Shown in pieces: positions 27,234-34,822 of a stretch of DNA of 34,822 nt. The translations under genes and the position numbers were made by a program. Under the pieces are notes generated by a model, which was not told the origin of the DNA, made no database searches, and was given only the letters and a program-made list of their open reading frames with translations. The stretch is from Alphaproteobacteria bacterium (GTDB lineage Bacteria > Pseudomonadota > Alphaproteobacteria > Geminicoccales > Geminicoccaceae), in contig JALSGW010000007.1 of the NCBI GenBank assembly GCA_026982585.1, positions 1-34,822 on the forward strand, written 5' to 3'. Every line of letters starts with the position of its first letter. Within the stretch, counting starts at the first letter, position 1.

Positions 27234-29957
27234 ATGACCGGCCCGCGATCCAAGCGCCTGATCATCGTCGATGCGCCCGGCTACGTTTACCGGGCCTTCT
27301 TCGCGCTGCCGGCGATGACGCGGCCGGACGGCACCCCCATCCAGGCCGTCTACGGCTTCGTCAACATGATGCTCAAACTCCTCGAACGGCATCCCGAGGA
27401 CGACGTGGTGGTCGTCTTCGACGCCAAGGGCCCCACCTTCCGCGAGGAGGTGTACGAACAGTACAAGGCCCAGAGGGAACCGCCGCCCGAGGAGATGCGG
27501 GTGCAGTTCCCGATCCTCAGGGAGGCGGTCTCTGCCTTCGACCTGCCGGTGCTGGAGGTGCCCGGGGTGGAGGCCGACGACGTCATCGCCACCCTGGTGC
27601 GGCGCGCCCGCGAGGCCGGCCGCGAGGTGACGGTGGTGAGCGCGGACAAGGATCTCATGCAACTGGTCGCGCCCGGGGTGCAGCTCTGGCATCCGCTGCG
27701 CGACGAGGCCATCGACGCCGAGGCGGTGCGGGCACGCTTCGGGGTCGGCCCGGAGAAGCTGCGCGACGTGCTGGCGCTCGCCGGCGATCCCAGCGACAAC
27801 GTTCCGGGCGTGCCGGGAATCGGCATCAAGACGGCGGCCAAGCTGATCGAGGAGTTCGGTTCGCTGGAGGCGCTGCTCGCCCAGCTGGATCGCATCAAGC
27901 AGCCCAAGCGGCGCAAGGCGCTCGAGGAGCACGCCGATAAGGCGCGCCTCTCCTACGAGCTGGTCGGTCTCAAGGACCAGGTGCCCCTTCCCCTGACACT
28001 GGACGATCTGCAACGCCGTCCCCCCGACCCCAAGAAGCTGCTCGCCTTCTTCCGGGAGAACGGCTTTCGCTCCCTCATCGCGCGGCTCGAGCAGGTGGCG
28101 GAGGAAGCCGGCCGGAGCCAGGCGCAAGGCGGGAGCGACCGCGCTTCCTACACCACCGTCGACAGCGAGGAGGAGCTTCGAGCCCTGCTCGCCGAGGCGC
28201 TCGAGGAGGGGCGGCTTGCCATCGATCTCGAGACCGACGGCCTCTCGGTGGCCAGCGCCCGGATCGTCGGCATCGCGCTGAGCGTGCGGCCGGGGCGCGC
28301 CTGCTACGTGCCCGTCAACCATCGGGATCACGAGGGCGCGCGGGTCGCGGGACAGCTTCCGCTCGGGCGGGTGCTGGAGCTGCTTGGGCCGCTTTTGGCC
28401 GATCCCTCGGTGCGCAAGATCGGGCACAACCTCAAATTCGATCTCGCCATCCTCAGCCGCTACGGCGTCGAGGTCGCGCCCATCGACGACAGCATGTTGC
28501 TCTCCTATGCCCTCAACGGCGCCCGCCACGGGCACGGGCTGGACGAGCTGGCCAAGCGCTATCTCGGCGTCGACACCCTGAGCTACGGGGAGGTGGCCGG
28601 ACGCGGGCCGAAGCAGGTCACCTTCGATCGGGTGCCGATCGCGCGTGCCACCGCCTATGGGGCCGAGGACGCCGACATCAGCCTGCGGCTCTGGCAGGTG
28701 TTGCGGCGTCAGCTGGTGGAAGAGCGCATGGCGACGGTCTACGAGACCCTGGACCGGCGGCTCGTGCCCATTGTGGCGGACATGGAGCGCATCGGCATCC
28801 GGGTGGACCGGGAGCGGCTGGGCCGGCTCGCCTCGGAGTTCACCCAGCGCCTGGCCGAGCTCGAGGAGGAGGCCTACCGGCTCGCCGGGCGTCGCTTCAA
28901 TCTCGGCTCCCCCAAACAGCTCGCAGAAGTGTTGTTCGGCGAGCTGGGGCTCGAGGGCGGCGGGCGCCGCACCGCCACCGGCGCGCTGTCCACCAGCGCC
29001 GAGGTGCTGGAGGAGCTCGCCGCCCAGGGACACGAGCTGCCGCGGGTGGTGCTGCGGTGGCGGCAGCTGCAGAAACTGCTGCGCACCTATTGCGATTCCC
29101 TCATCCAGCAGGCGGACGCCCAGGACCAGCGGGTGCACACCTCCTTCAACCTCGCCGCCACCGCCACCGGGCGTTTGAGTTCCAGCGACCCCAACCTCCA
29201 GAACATCCCGGTGCGCAGCGAGGAGGGCCGCAAGATCCGCGCCGCCTTCGTCGCCGAGGAGGGGTGGCGGCTTTTGTCCGCGGATTATTCCCAGATCGAG
29301 CTGCGGGTGATCGCCCATCTGGCCGACGTGCCGGCCCTCAAGGAGGCGCTCTTGGCGGGGGTGGATGTGCATGCGGCGGCGGCGGCGCGGATGTTCGACC
29401 TGCCGCTCGAGGTGGTGGACGCCGACCACCGCCGGGCGGCCAAGGTGATCAACTACGGCATCATCTACGGTATCGGCGCCTTCGGCCTCGCCCAGCGGCT
29501 CGGCGTGCCCCAGGACAAGGCGCGCGCTTACATCGACGCCTATTTCGCCCGCTATCCGGAAGTGAAGGCCTATATGGAGCGGACGGTGGAGGAGGCGCGC
29601 AAGCAGGGCTATGTGCGCACCCTCTTCGGGCGCCGCTGCTATGTGGCCGACATCCATCACCGGGTGCCCTCGCGCCGCCACGCCGCCGAACGGCAGGCGA
29701 TCAACGCCCCGGTGCAGGGTACCGCCGCCGACATCATGAAACGCGCCATGATCCGGCTTTCCCATCACCTGCGCGAACGGCGCCTTCGGGCCAGGCTGCT
29801 CCTCCAGGTCCACGACGAGCTGGTGCTGGAAGTGCCCGAGGAGGAGGTGGCCGAGGTGCGGGAGCTGGTGCGGGCGACCATGGCGGGGGCCGCGGCCTTG
29901 TCGGTGCCCCTGGAAGTGGAGGTGGGCGTGGGCCACAATTGGGACGAGGCGCACTGA
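27234..29957 (+). CDS. polA: DNA polymerase I (5'-3' exonuclease, 3'-5' exonuclease and polymerase domains)
   Basis: The 5' nuclease domain shows LIIVDAPGYVYRAFFA and GDPSDNVPGVPGIGIKTAAKLI. The exonuclease motif I is LAIDLETDGL. Polymerase motifs are LLSADYSQIELRVIAHL, RRAAKVINYGIIYG and LLLQVHDELVLE. Confidence 0.98.
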   Translation: MTGPRSKRLIIVDAPGYVYRAFFALPAMTRPDGTPIQAVYGFVNMMLKLLERHPEDDVVVVFDAKGPTFREEVYEQYKAQREPPPEEMRVQFPILREAVSAFDLPVLEVPGVEADDVIATLVRRAREAGREVTVVSADKDLMQLVAPGVQLWHPLRDEAIDAEAVRARFGVGPEKLRDVLALAGDPSDNVPGVPGIGIKTAAKLIEEFGSLEALLAQLDRIKQPKRRKALEEHADKARLSYELVGLKDQVPLPLTLDDLQRRPPDPKKLLAFFRENGFRSLIARLEQVAEEAGRSQAQGGSDRASYTTVDSEEELRALLAEALEEGRLAIDLETDGLSVASARIVGIALSVRPGRACYVPVNHRDHEGARVAGQLPLGRVLELLGPLLADPSVRKIGHNLKFDLAILSRYGVEVAPIDDSMLLSYALNGARHGHGLDELAKRYLGVDTLSYGEVAGRGPKQVTFDRVPIARATAYGAEDADISLRLWQVLRRQLVEERMATVYETLDRRLVPIVADMERIGIRVDRERLGRLASEFTQRLAELEEEAYRLAGRRFNLGSPKQLAEVLFGELGLEGGGRRTATGALSTSAEVLEELAAQGHELPRVVLRWRQLQKLLRTYCDSLIQQADAQDQRVHTSFNLAATATGRLSSSDPNLQNIPVRSEEGRKIRAAFVAEEGWRLLSADYSQIELRVIAHLADVPALKEALLAGVDVHAAAAARMFDLPLEVVDADHRRAAKVINYGIIYGIGAFGLAQRLGVPQDKARAYIDAYFARYPEVKAYMERTVEEARKQGYVRTLFGRRCYVADIHHRVPSRRHAAERQAINAPVQGTAADIMKRAMIRLSHHLRERRLRARLLLQVHDELVLEVPEEEVAEVRELVRATMAGAAALSVPLEVEVGVGHNWDEAH

Positions 29958-29974
29958 GCGCGGGAGGGACCGAC

Positions 29975-30262
29975 GTGGCGCTCGGCAGATGGTTCAAACG
30001 CCTCTTGGGGGGCTCGCCGGAGCCCGCCGAGGGCAGGCCCGTGCCCTATGGGGACTATACCATCACCCCGACCCCGATGCGCCAGGGCGGGCAGTTCCTC
30101 ACCGCCGGCGTGATCCGCAAACAGACCCCCGAAGGGGTCAAGGAGCACCGCTTCATCCGCGCCGATACCCATGCGAGCGAGGAGGCGGCGCGGGACTTCG
30201 CCGTCCACAAGGCGAAGCAGATCATCGACCAGCTCGGCGACCGCATCTTCGAGGAACGCTGA
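29975..30262 (+). CDS. HlyU-family small protein
   Basis: The GTG at 29975 follows GGGAGGG. The product is 95 aa, and the pattern YGDYTITPTPMRQGGQFLTAGVIRK...KEHRFIRADTHASEEAARDFAVHKAKQIIDQLGDRIF matches my recollection of the alphaproteobacterial HlyU family. Confidence 0.7.
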   Translation: MALGRWFKRLLGGSPEPAEGRPVPYGDYTITPTPMRQGGQFLTAGVIRKQTPEGVKEHRFIRADTHASEEAARDFAVHKAKQIIDQLGDRIFEER

Positions 30263-30292
30263 GCAGAGCGCGGTTCGCCGTGCCGCCGGCGC

Positions 30293-32359
30293 TCAAGGCC
30301 GCCAGACGGGGCGGATGAACCGAGCCGCCTCCACCGCCTCGGGATCGGCGTCGAGCTCCATGGCGAAACGGCGGCCGGCATACACGGCATGGGCGATGGT
30401 GGCCGGGTTTTGAGCGTCGCCGATCACCGTCACCGCCCGAATGCCGGCCCGCTCGAGCCGTTCCCGATCGCGGCAAAGCTCCGCGAACAGCTCGCTTCGC
30501 GGAAGCCGTGCGGTGACGAGCACAAGACCGCCCACCTCCCAGCGCTGTTCGCGGCCGGTATAGACACAGGCGACCACCGCTTCGCGGTCCTCCACGGCGA
30601 GAAGCGCTTTGGCGAGCTCGAGACGCACGCCGAGCTCCAAAAGGCGCTTTTGGATGCGGTGCTGCTCCATGGTGTTGCGGGTCCAGCTCGCCACCTCGGC
30701 AGCCGGGATGACCAGGATCACCTCCCGTCCCTCGCCGCAAAGCAGCTCCGCCAGGACCGAGCCCATGTAGCCGTGGTCGTCGTCGTAGAGGAGGACGGGA
30801 TCGCCCTCGGGCCTGAGGCCGTCCATGAGATCGTCCGGGGTGAGCCGGGCGAGCTTGGTTTCGAAGAGCAACGGGAGGGTGTGGTGACGGCCGACGCCGT
30901 CGTCGCGCCAACGCGCACCTGTGGCCAGCACCACCTGCTCGGCGCCGAAGGCGAGCACGTCCTCCGCGCTCATGACGCTCGCGGGATAGAGTTCCACCTG
31001 GGGCAGCGTTTGCAGCTCCTGGAGCCGGCAGTCGCGCACCCGAAGCCAGCTCGCGAGGCCGGGCAGGCGCGCTTCCCGCAGCACCCGGCCGCCCACCTCC
31101 GGCGCCGCCTCGGCGAGGGTCACCTCATAGCCCCGCTTGCCCAGGGCGAGTGCGCATTCGAGCCCTGCCGGACCGCCGCCGACCACCAGCACGCGGTCGC
31201 GGCTCTGCCGGGGCGGCAGCCGCTCGGGATGCCAGCCGCGCCGCCCCTCCTCGCCCATGGTGGGATTCTGGGTGCAGCGGATGGGCGCCATGGTCCAGTC
31301 GCCCACCACGCAGATGTTGCAGCCGATGCACTCGCGCAGGGTCTCGATACGTCCCTCCTCGATCTTGCGCGGCAGGAAGGGGTCGGCGATGGAGGGGCGG
31401 GCGGCGCCGACCAAATCCACGATCCCCTCGCGCACGATGCGGGCCATGGCGTCCGGGGACGTGTAGCGGCCGACCCCCACCACCGGCTTGTCGGTGAGCG
31501 CCTTGAGCCGGCGCAGATAGGACTCCTGGTACCCTTCCGGGGCGAACCGGCTCGAGACGGAATCCGATTCCCAGCCGGCCAGGCAGAAGTCCCAGAGATC
31601 GGGCAGATCCGCCAGCATCGCCACCACCTCGGCGACCTCATCGAGGGTGAGGCTGCCGCCGCCGCAATGTTGCGCGGCACTCAGGCGCACAGCGACCGCC
31701 GCCCGGCCCTCGGCGAGCTCGAGGGTCTCCTCCAGCACTTCGCGCAACAGGCGCGCGCGGTTGGCGAGGGGGCCGCCGTATTCGTCCGTCCGATGGTTGG
31801 TGCGCGCGGAGAGGAACTGTTCGATCAGGCTGAGCCCGTGGCCCGCATAGACGTAGACGATGTCGAAGCCGACCTCGAGGGCGAGCGCCACCGCCCGCCG
31901 GTGCCAGGCGCGAAACGCGCGGATGTCCTCCCTGTCCATGGCCTTGGCGTGCACCGGATCGAGACCGGCGAGCACCGGCAGGCAGGAGGGGGCGAGCGGG
32001 ATGTCGCGGCTGTAGCGGTTTGCGGCGTTCAGCCCGTTGTGGCAGAGCTCGATGGCGGCGAGCGCGCCGTGGGCGTGGACCGCCTCGACGATGAGGCGGA
32101 GGGCGGCGAGATCGCGCCGGTCCCAAAGCCGCAGCTCGATGTAGGGGGTGATGTCGGAAGTGGGGTGGATCTCGCACTCCTCGGTGCTCACCACCGCCCA
32201 GCCGCCCTCCGCCTTGATGCCGCGCATGGCGGCGAGCGCTTGGGGATCGCGCCAGCCCATGCCGTTGCAGTGCGGCACCTGATAGAAGCGGTTTTTGGCG
32301 GTGAGCGGTCCGATTCGCACCGGCTCGAAGAGGATATCGAAGCGGGGATCGCGCGCCAT
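30293..32359 (-). CDS. Trimethylamine/dimethylamine/histamine dehydrogenase-family iron-sulfur flavoprotein (substrate unknown)
   Basis: The ATG at 32359 follows GGAAGGAGAG. The N-terminus ARDPRFDILFEPVRIGPLTAKNRFYQVPHCNG closely parallels TMADH, including the Cys that forms 6-S-cysteinyl FMN. A 4Fe-4S motif CIGCNICVVGDWTMAPIRC is present, followed by the ADP-binding fold VLVVGGGPAGLECALALGKRGYEV. Confidence 0.88.
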   Translation of the reverse strand: MARDPRFDILFEPVRIGPLTAKNRFYQVPHCNGMGWRDPQALAAMRGIKAEGGWAVVSTEECEIHPTSDITPYIELRLWDRRDLAALRLIVEAVHAHGALAAIELCHNGLNAANRYSRDIPLAPSCLPVLAGLDPVHAKAMDREDIRAFRAWHRRAVALALEVGFDIVYVYAGHGLSLIEQFLSARTNHRTDEYGGPLANRARLLREVLEETLELAEGRAAVAVRLSAAQHCGGGSLTLDEVAEVVAMLADLPDLWDFCLAGWESDSVSSRFAPEGYQESYLRRLKALTDKPVVGVGRYTSPDAMARIVREGIVDLVGAARPSIADPFLPRKIEEGRIETLRECIGCNICVVGDWTMAPIRCTQNPTMGEEGRRGWHPERLPPRQSRDRVLVVGGGPAGLECALALGKRGYEVTLAEAAPEVGGRVLREARLPGLASWLRVRDCRLQELQTLPQVELYPASVMSAEDVLAFGAEQVVLATGARWRDDGVGRHHTLPLLFETKLARLTPDDLMDGLRPEGDPVLLYDDDHGYMGSVLAELLCGEGREVILVIPAAEVASWTRNTMEQHRIQKRLLELGVRLELAKALLAVEDREAVVACVYTGREQRWEVGGLVLVTARLPRSELFAELCRDRERLERAGIRAVTVIGDAQNPATIAHAVYAGRRFAMELDADPEAVEAARFIRPVWRP

Positions 32360-32503
32360 CTCTCCTTCCGGGCTCTCGATCCGATCTTTCGCCCATGCGG
32401 CGCAGGCCATGCGCACAGCACCAGGGGCGGCTCGTCCGGATGCACCCGCCGCTGCCGCGGCCCTTGATTTCCCCAAGCCGCCTGCCTACACCGCGGTGCG
32501 GAT

Positions 32504-32578
32504 GTCCCCATCGTCTAGTGGTCAGGACACCAGCCTTTCAAGCTGGAAACGCGGGTTCGATTCCCGCTGGGGACACCA
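32504..32578 (+). tRNA. tRNA-Glu (anticodon UUC), with encoded CCA
   Basis: A manual cloverleaf works: acceptor GTCCCCA/TGGGGAC, D stem GTCT/GGAC, anticodon stem CCAGC/GCTGG with loop CTTTCAA, 4-nt variable loop, T arm GCGGG-TTCGATT-CCCGC, discriminator A and CCA. Confidence 0.95.
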
Positions 32579-32590
32579 GCTCCCGCAGGC

Positions 32591-33295
32591 TCACCACAGG
32601 CGTCCCTGAGATTCCTCGGACACCGGGGGCTGCTCCTCTTCAATCGGTGTGAGCAGGGAGGGATCGTCCTGCCGCGGATCGTTCACCCGCCGGCTCACGG
32701 GAACCGCATGCAGGTGCACCGTTTCCGCCTCCTCGAGCAGGTGCTGGAGCAGCGCATCGTCCACCGGCTCGGGATCCAGCCAGCGCTTCCAGGCCTTCTC
32801 CGGCAGGATGAGCGGCATGCGGTGGTGGATGGGCTGCAGCGCTTCGCTGGCCGGGCGGGTGAGGATGGCCACGGTCGCTTCCTCCTCGCCGGCCGGGGTT
32901 GCGAACAGGGCGGCCAGGGCCAGGAGCTCGCCCCCCGCTGCGGCGATGAAGAAGGGACGCGACGGCCCCCGGGGCGGCTTCTGCCATTCGTAGAAACCGG
33001 ACACCGGCACCAGGGCGCGGCGGCGCCGGAAGGCATCGCGGAACATGGGGCGCTCGGAGACCGTCTCGATGCGGGCGTTGATCTGGGGGCGCATGTCCCG
33101 GGCCGCGCGCGCCCAGGACGGGCGGAACCCCCAATGCATCCAGACCGCCCGGCGTTCGCCGCCGCGCGCATGCACCACGACGATGCGGCTTTGGGGGGCG
33201 ATGTTCCAGCGCGGCGTCCAGCCCGAGGGCGGCGGGCAGCCGAAACGGGCCGAGAAGGCCTGGGGCGTGGTCGCCAGGGCGAAGCGGCCGCACAT
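32591..33295 (-). CDS. SOS response-associated peptidase (SRAP/YedK-type abasic-site processing protein)
   Basis: Starts MCGRF (Cys2 nucleophile). Also present are WNIAPQ, VPVSGFYEWQK and IHHRMPLIL, the SRAP family hallmarks. Confidence 0.9.
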   Translation of the reverse strand: MCGRFALATTPQAFSARFGCPPPSGWTPRWNIAPQSRIVVVHARGGERRAVWMHWGFRPSWARAARDMRPQINARIETVSERPMFRDAFRRRRALVPVSGFYEWQKPPRGPSRPFFIAAAGGELLALAALFATPAGEEEATVAILTRPASEALQPIHHRMPLILPEKAWKRWLDPEPVDDALLQHLLEEAETVHLHAVPVSRRVNDPRQDDPSLLTPIEEEQPPVSEESQGRLW

Positions 33296-33300
33296 CCGAC

Positions 33301-34822
33301 TCAGACCTCCAGCACGGTGCGCGCCTCCGCCACCACCTCCGAGAGCGGTCTCGCCGCATCGATCCGACGCCAGGCGAGCCCCGCGGTATCAAGCTGGCCG
33401 ATCTGCTGGCGCACCACTTGGGCGTCCGCGTCCGACACGTCCCGACCACGGCCTTCCACCCGCTCGACCAGCACCTCGAGCGGCGCCTCCAGCCAGAGGC
33501 CGTCGAAGGGCACCCGGAGCTCCCGCGCCACCTCCTCGATGCGTCGGCGCTGTTCGCCCTTGCCGTAGACCGCATCGCAGATCACGCTCCAGCCGGCCTC
33601 GAGCAGGGTGGCGGCGCGGTTCGCGATGATCTCGAACACTTCCGCCGACACCTCGGCCCGGTAGGCGTGTTCGGGCAGGGGTTCGTGCGGCGCGCGGCCG
33701 AACAGCCGCTTGCGGATGACGTCGCTGCGCAACAGCATGGCCCCGGGCAGCGGGCCGAGCACAGGCGCCAGGGCGAAGGCCAGGGACGATTTGCCCGAGC
33801 CGGAGGCGCCCCCGATCGCCACCAGCCGCGGCGGCGCCTGCTCGAGCGCCAGCTGGGCCAGCTCGAGGTAGCCGCGCGCCCGTGCGAGGTGAGCCGTGCG
33901 GTCTTCGGCTCGGCTCTGCAGCCGGGCGGTGAAACCCTCCACCTTGGCCCGCACCTGGGCCCTGAGCGCCAGGAACAGGGGCAGGCTCTGCAGCCCGGCG
34001 TCCTCCACCATGTCGTCGTTCCACGCCTGGAGCAGGCGATGGGCGTGTTGCGGCAGGCCGCGCTCCCACAGATCCATGATCAGGAAGGCGAGGTCGTAGA
34101 GGACGTCGATACAGGCCAGATCCTCGTCGAACTCGAGGCAGTCGAACAACACCGGCCGGCCGTCCACGAGCGCGATGTTCTCGAGGTGGAGGTCGCCGTG
34201 GCAATGGCGCACCCGGCCCGCCCCCCGCCGCACGTCCAGCAGATCCCGCAGCGCCTCGAAGCGGCGTTCGGTGGCGGCCAGTACCCGCTCGATCGCCTCC
34301 CCGGCCGCCAGGTCGGTGGCGAGTTCGCGCAGGTCGGACGCATTGCCGGCGATCACCTTGCGGATGGCGAAGGCACCGCCCTTGTCCGGGCGCACCACGG
34401 CCGCGCGGTGGAAACGGACGATGTCCCGTGCGAGAATCTCCACCAGCTCGAGCGACAGCCGTCCGGCGCTCGCGAGACGGTCGAGCCGGTGCTCGGAAGG
34501 AAAACGCCTCATCTCGAGCAGCCATTCCACGGGCTCACCCTCGCCGCCGAGCCCGAGCCGGCCGTCGGGCCGGCGCACCACCGGCACCAGGCCCAGATAG
34601 AGGTCCGGGGCGGTGCGGCGGTTGAGCGCGAGCTCGCGCTCCAGCACCCGACGGCGGTTTTCGAGGGTGGAGAAGTCGAGGAAGCTGTAGCGCACGGCCC
34701 GCTTCATCTTGTAGGCGCGATCGCCCACCAGCAGCACCACCGCTGCATGGGTGTCGATGCGTTCCACCGGGTCGGAGAACGCCTCGCGTTCGAGGAAAGC
34801 CAGGACCTGTGACTGCTCTTCC
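33301..34822 (-). CDS. Fusion protein: APH-like phosphotransferase domain plus C-terminal P-loop (AAA_33-like) kinase domain; 5' end outside the window
   Basis: The frame stays open upstream of the listed GTG (34767) to the window edge (EEQSQVLAFLEREAFSDPVERIDTH...). It has a kinase catalytic loop HCHGDLHLENIAL and DCLEFD. The C-terminal Walker A is LVAIGGASGSGKSSLA. Confidence 0.8.
   Translation of the reverse strand, partial: EEQSQVLAFLEREAFSDPVERIDTHAAVVLLVGDRAYKMKRAVRYSFLDFSTLENRRRVLERELALNRRTAPDLYLGLVPVVRRPDGRLGLGGEGEPVEWLLEMRRFPSEHRLDRLASAGRLSLELVEILARDIVRFHRAAVVRPDKGGAFAIRKVIAGNASDLRELATDLAAGEAIERVLAATERRFEALRDLLDVRRGAGRVRHCHGDLHLENIALVDGRPVLFDCLEFDEDLACIDVLYDLAFLIMDLWERGLPQHAHRLLQAWNDDMVEDAGLQSLPLFLALRAQVRAKVEGFTARLQSRAEDRTAHLARARGYLELAQLALEQAPPRLVAIGGASGSGKSSLAFALAPVLGPLPGAMLLRSDVIRKRLFGRAPHEPLPEHAYRAEVSAEVFEIIANRAATLLEAGWSVICDAVYGKGEQRRRIEEVARELRVPFDGLWLEAPLEVLVERVEGRGRDVSDADAQVVRQQIGQLDTAGLAWRRIDAARPLSEVVAEARTVLEV

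Noticed and set aside
27219-29954. A 911-aa ORF antisense to polA. Similar very long antisense or alternative-frame ORFs occur at 18702-20966 (-), 5077-6567 (-), 30389-32467 (+), 10609-12150 (-), 22590-24137 (-) and 9153-10952 (-).
   Set aside because: These are typical stop-codon-poor shadow ORFs of a genome near 70% GC. Their translations are dominated by Arg/Gly/Pro/Ala/His runs with no recognisable motif. In each case the opposite or other frame encodes a protein with unambiguous family signatures.
32579-34822. A possible genomic island integrated at the 3' end of tRNA-Glu.
   Set aside because: There is no integrase, excisionase, mobility gene, compositional shift or repeat of the tRNA 3' end in the available sequence. 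The question stays open only because the window ends 2.2 kb downstream.

Overview
High-GC (about 70%) proteobacterial chromosome, probably alphaproteobacterial; this is an inference from gene content (HlyU-family protein, long FtsZ linker, dcw gene order). The window is almost entirely coding, and nearly all of it is recognisable core housekeeping. Positions 1-12129 (+) hold the distal dcw division/cell-wall cluster: murF (partial), mraY, murD, ftsW, murG, murC, murB, ddl, ftsQ, ftsA, ftsZ. From murD to ftsA there is not a single non-coding base. Positions 12250-17004 (-) hold a MarR-family regulator, a valine-catabolism trio (3-hydroxyisobutyrate dehydrogenase, 3-hydroxyisobutyryl-CoA hydrolase, acyl-CoA dehydrogenase) and hemB. 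These are followed by hemF, a CBS-domain/DUF2889 pair, bolA, an amidase, a FixK-like Crp/Fnr regulator, a BKACE (DUF849) enzyme, a DMT permease, mazG, xseA, a secreted cyclase-family protein, polA, an HlyU-family protein, a trimethylamine-dehydrogenase-family flavoprotein, tRNA-Glu(UUC), an SRAP peptidase, and a 5'-truncated APH-kinase/P-loop fusion gene. I found no CRISPR array, integrase, transposase, phage gene, toxin-antitoxin pair or recognisable defence system, and no stretch of unexplained DNA longer than about 150 nt. So I cannot point to a convincing novel system. The least-understood loci are the regulator-BKACE-DMT module with its upstream amidase (19.5-23.6 kb), the periplasmic cyclase-family protein with a degenerate metal motif (26.1-27.1 kb), the orphan TMADH-family enzyme (30.3-32.4 kb) and the SRAP/kinase-fusion pair beside tRNA-Glu (32.6-34.8 kb). 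All functional calls rest on my own motif recognition in the translated ORFs; no database search was run.
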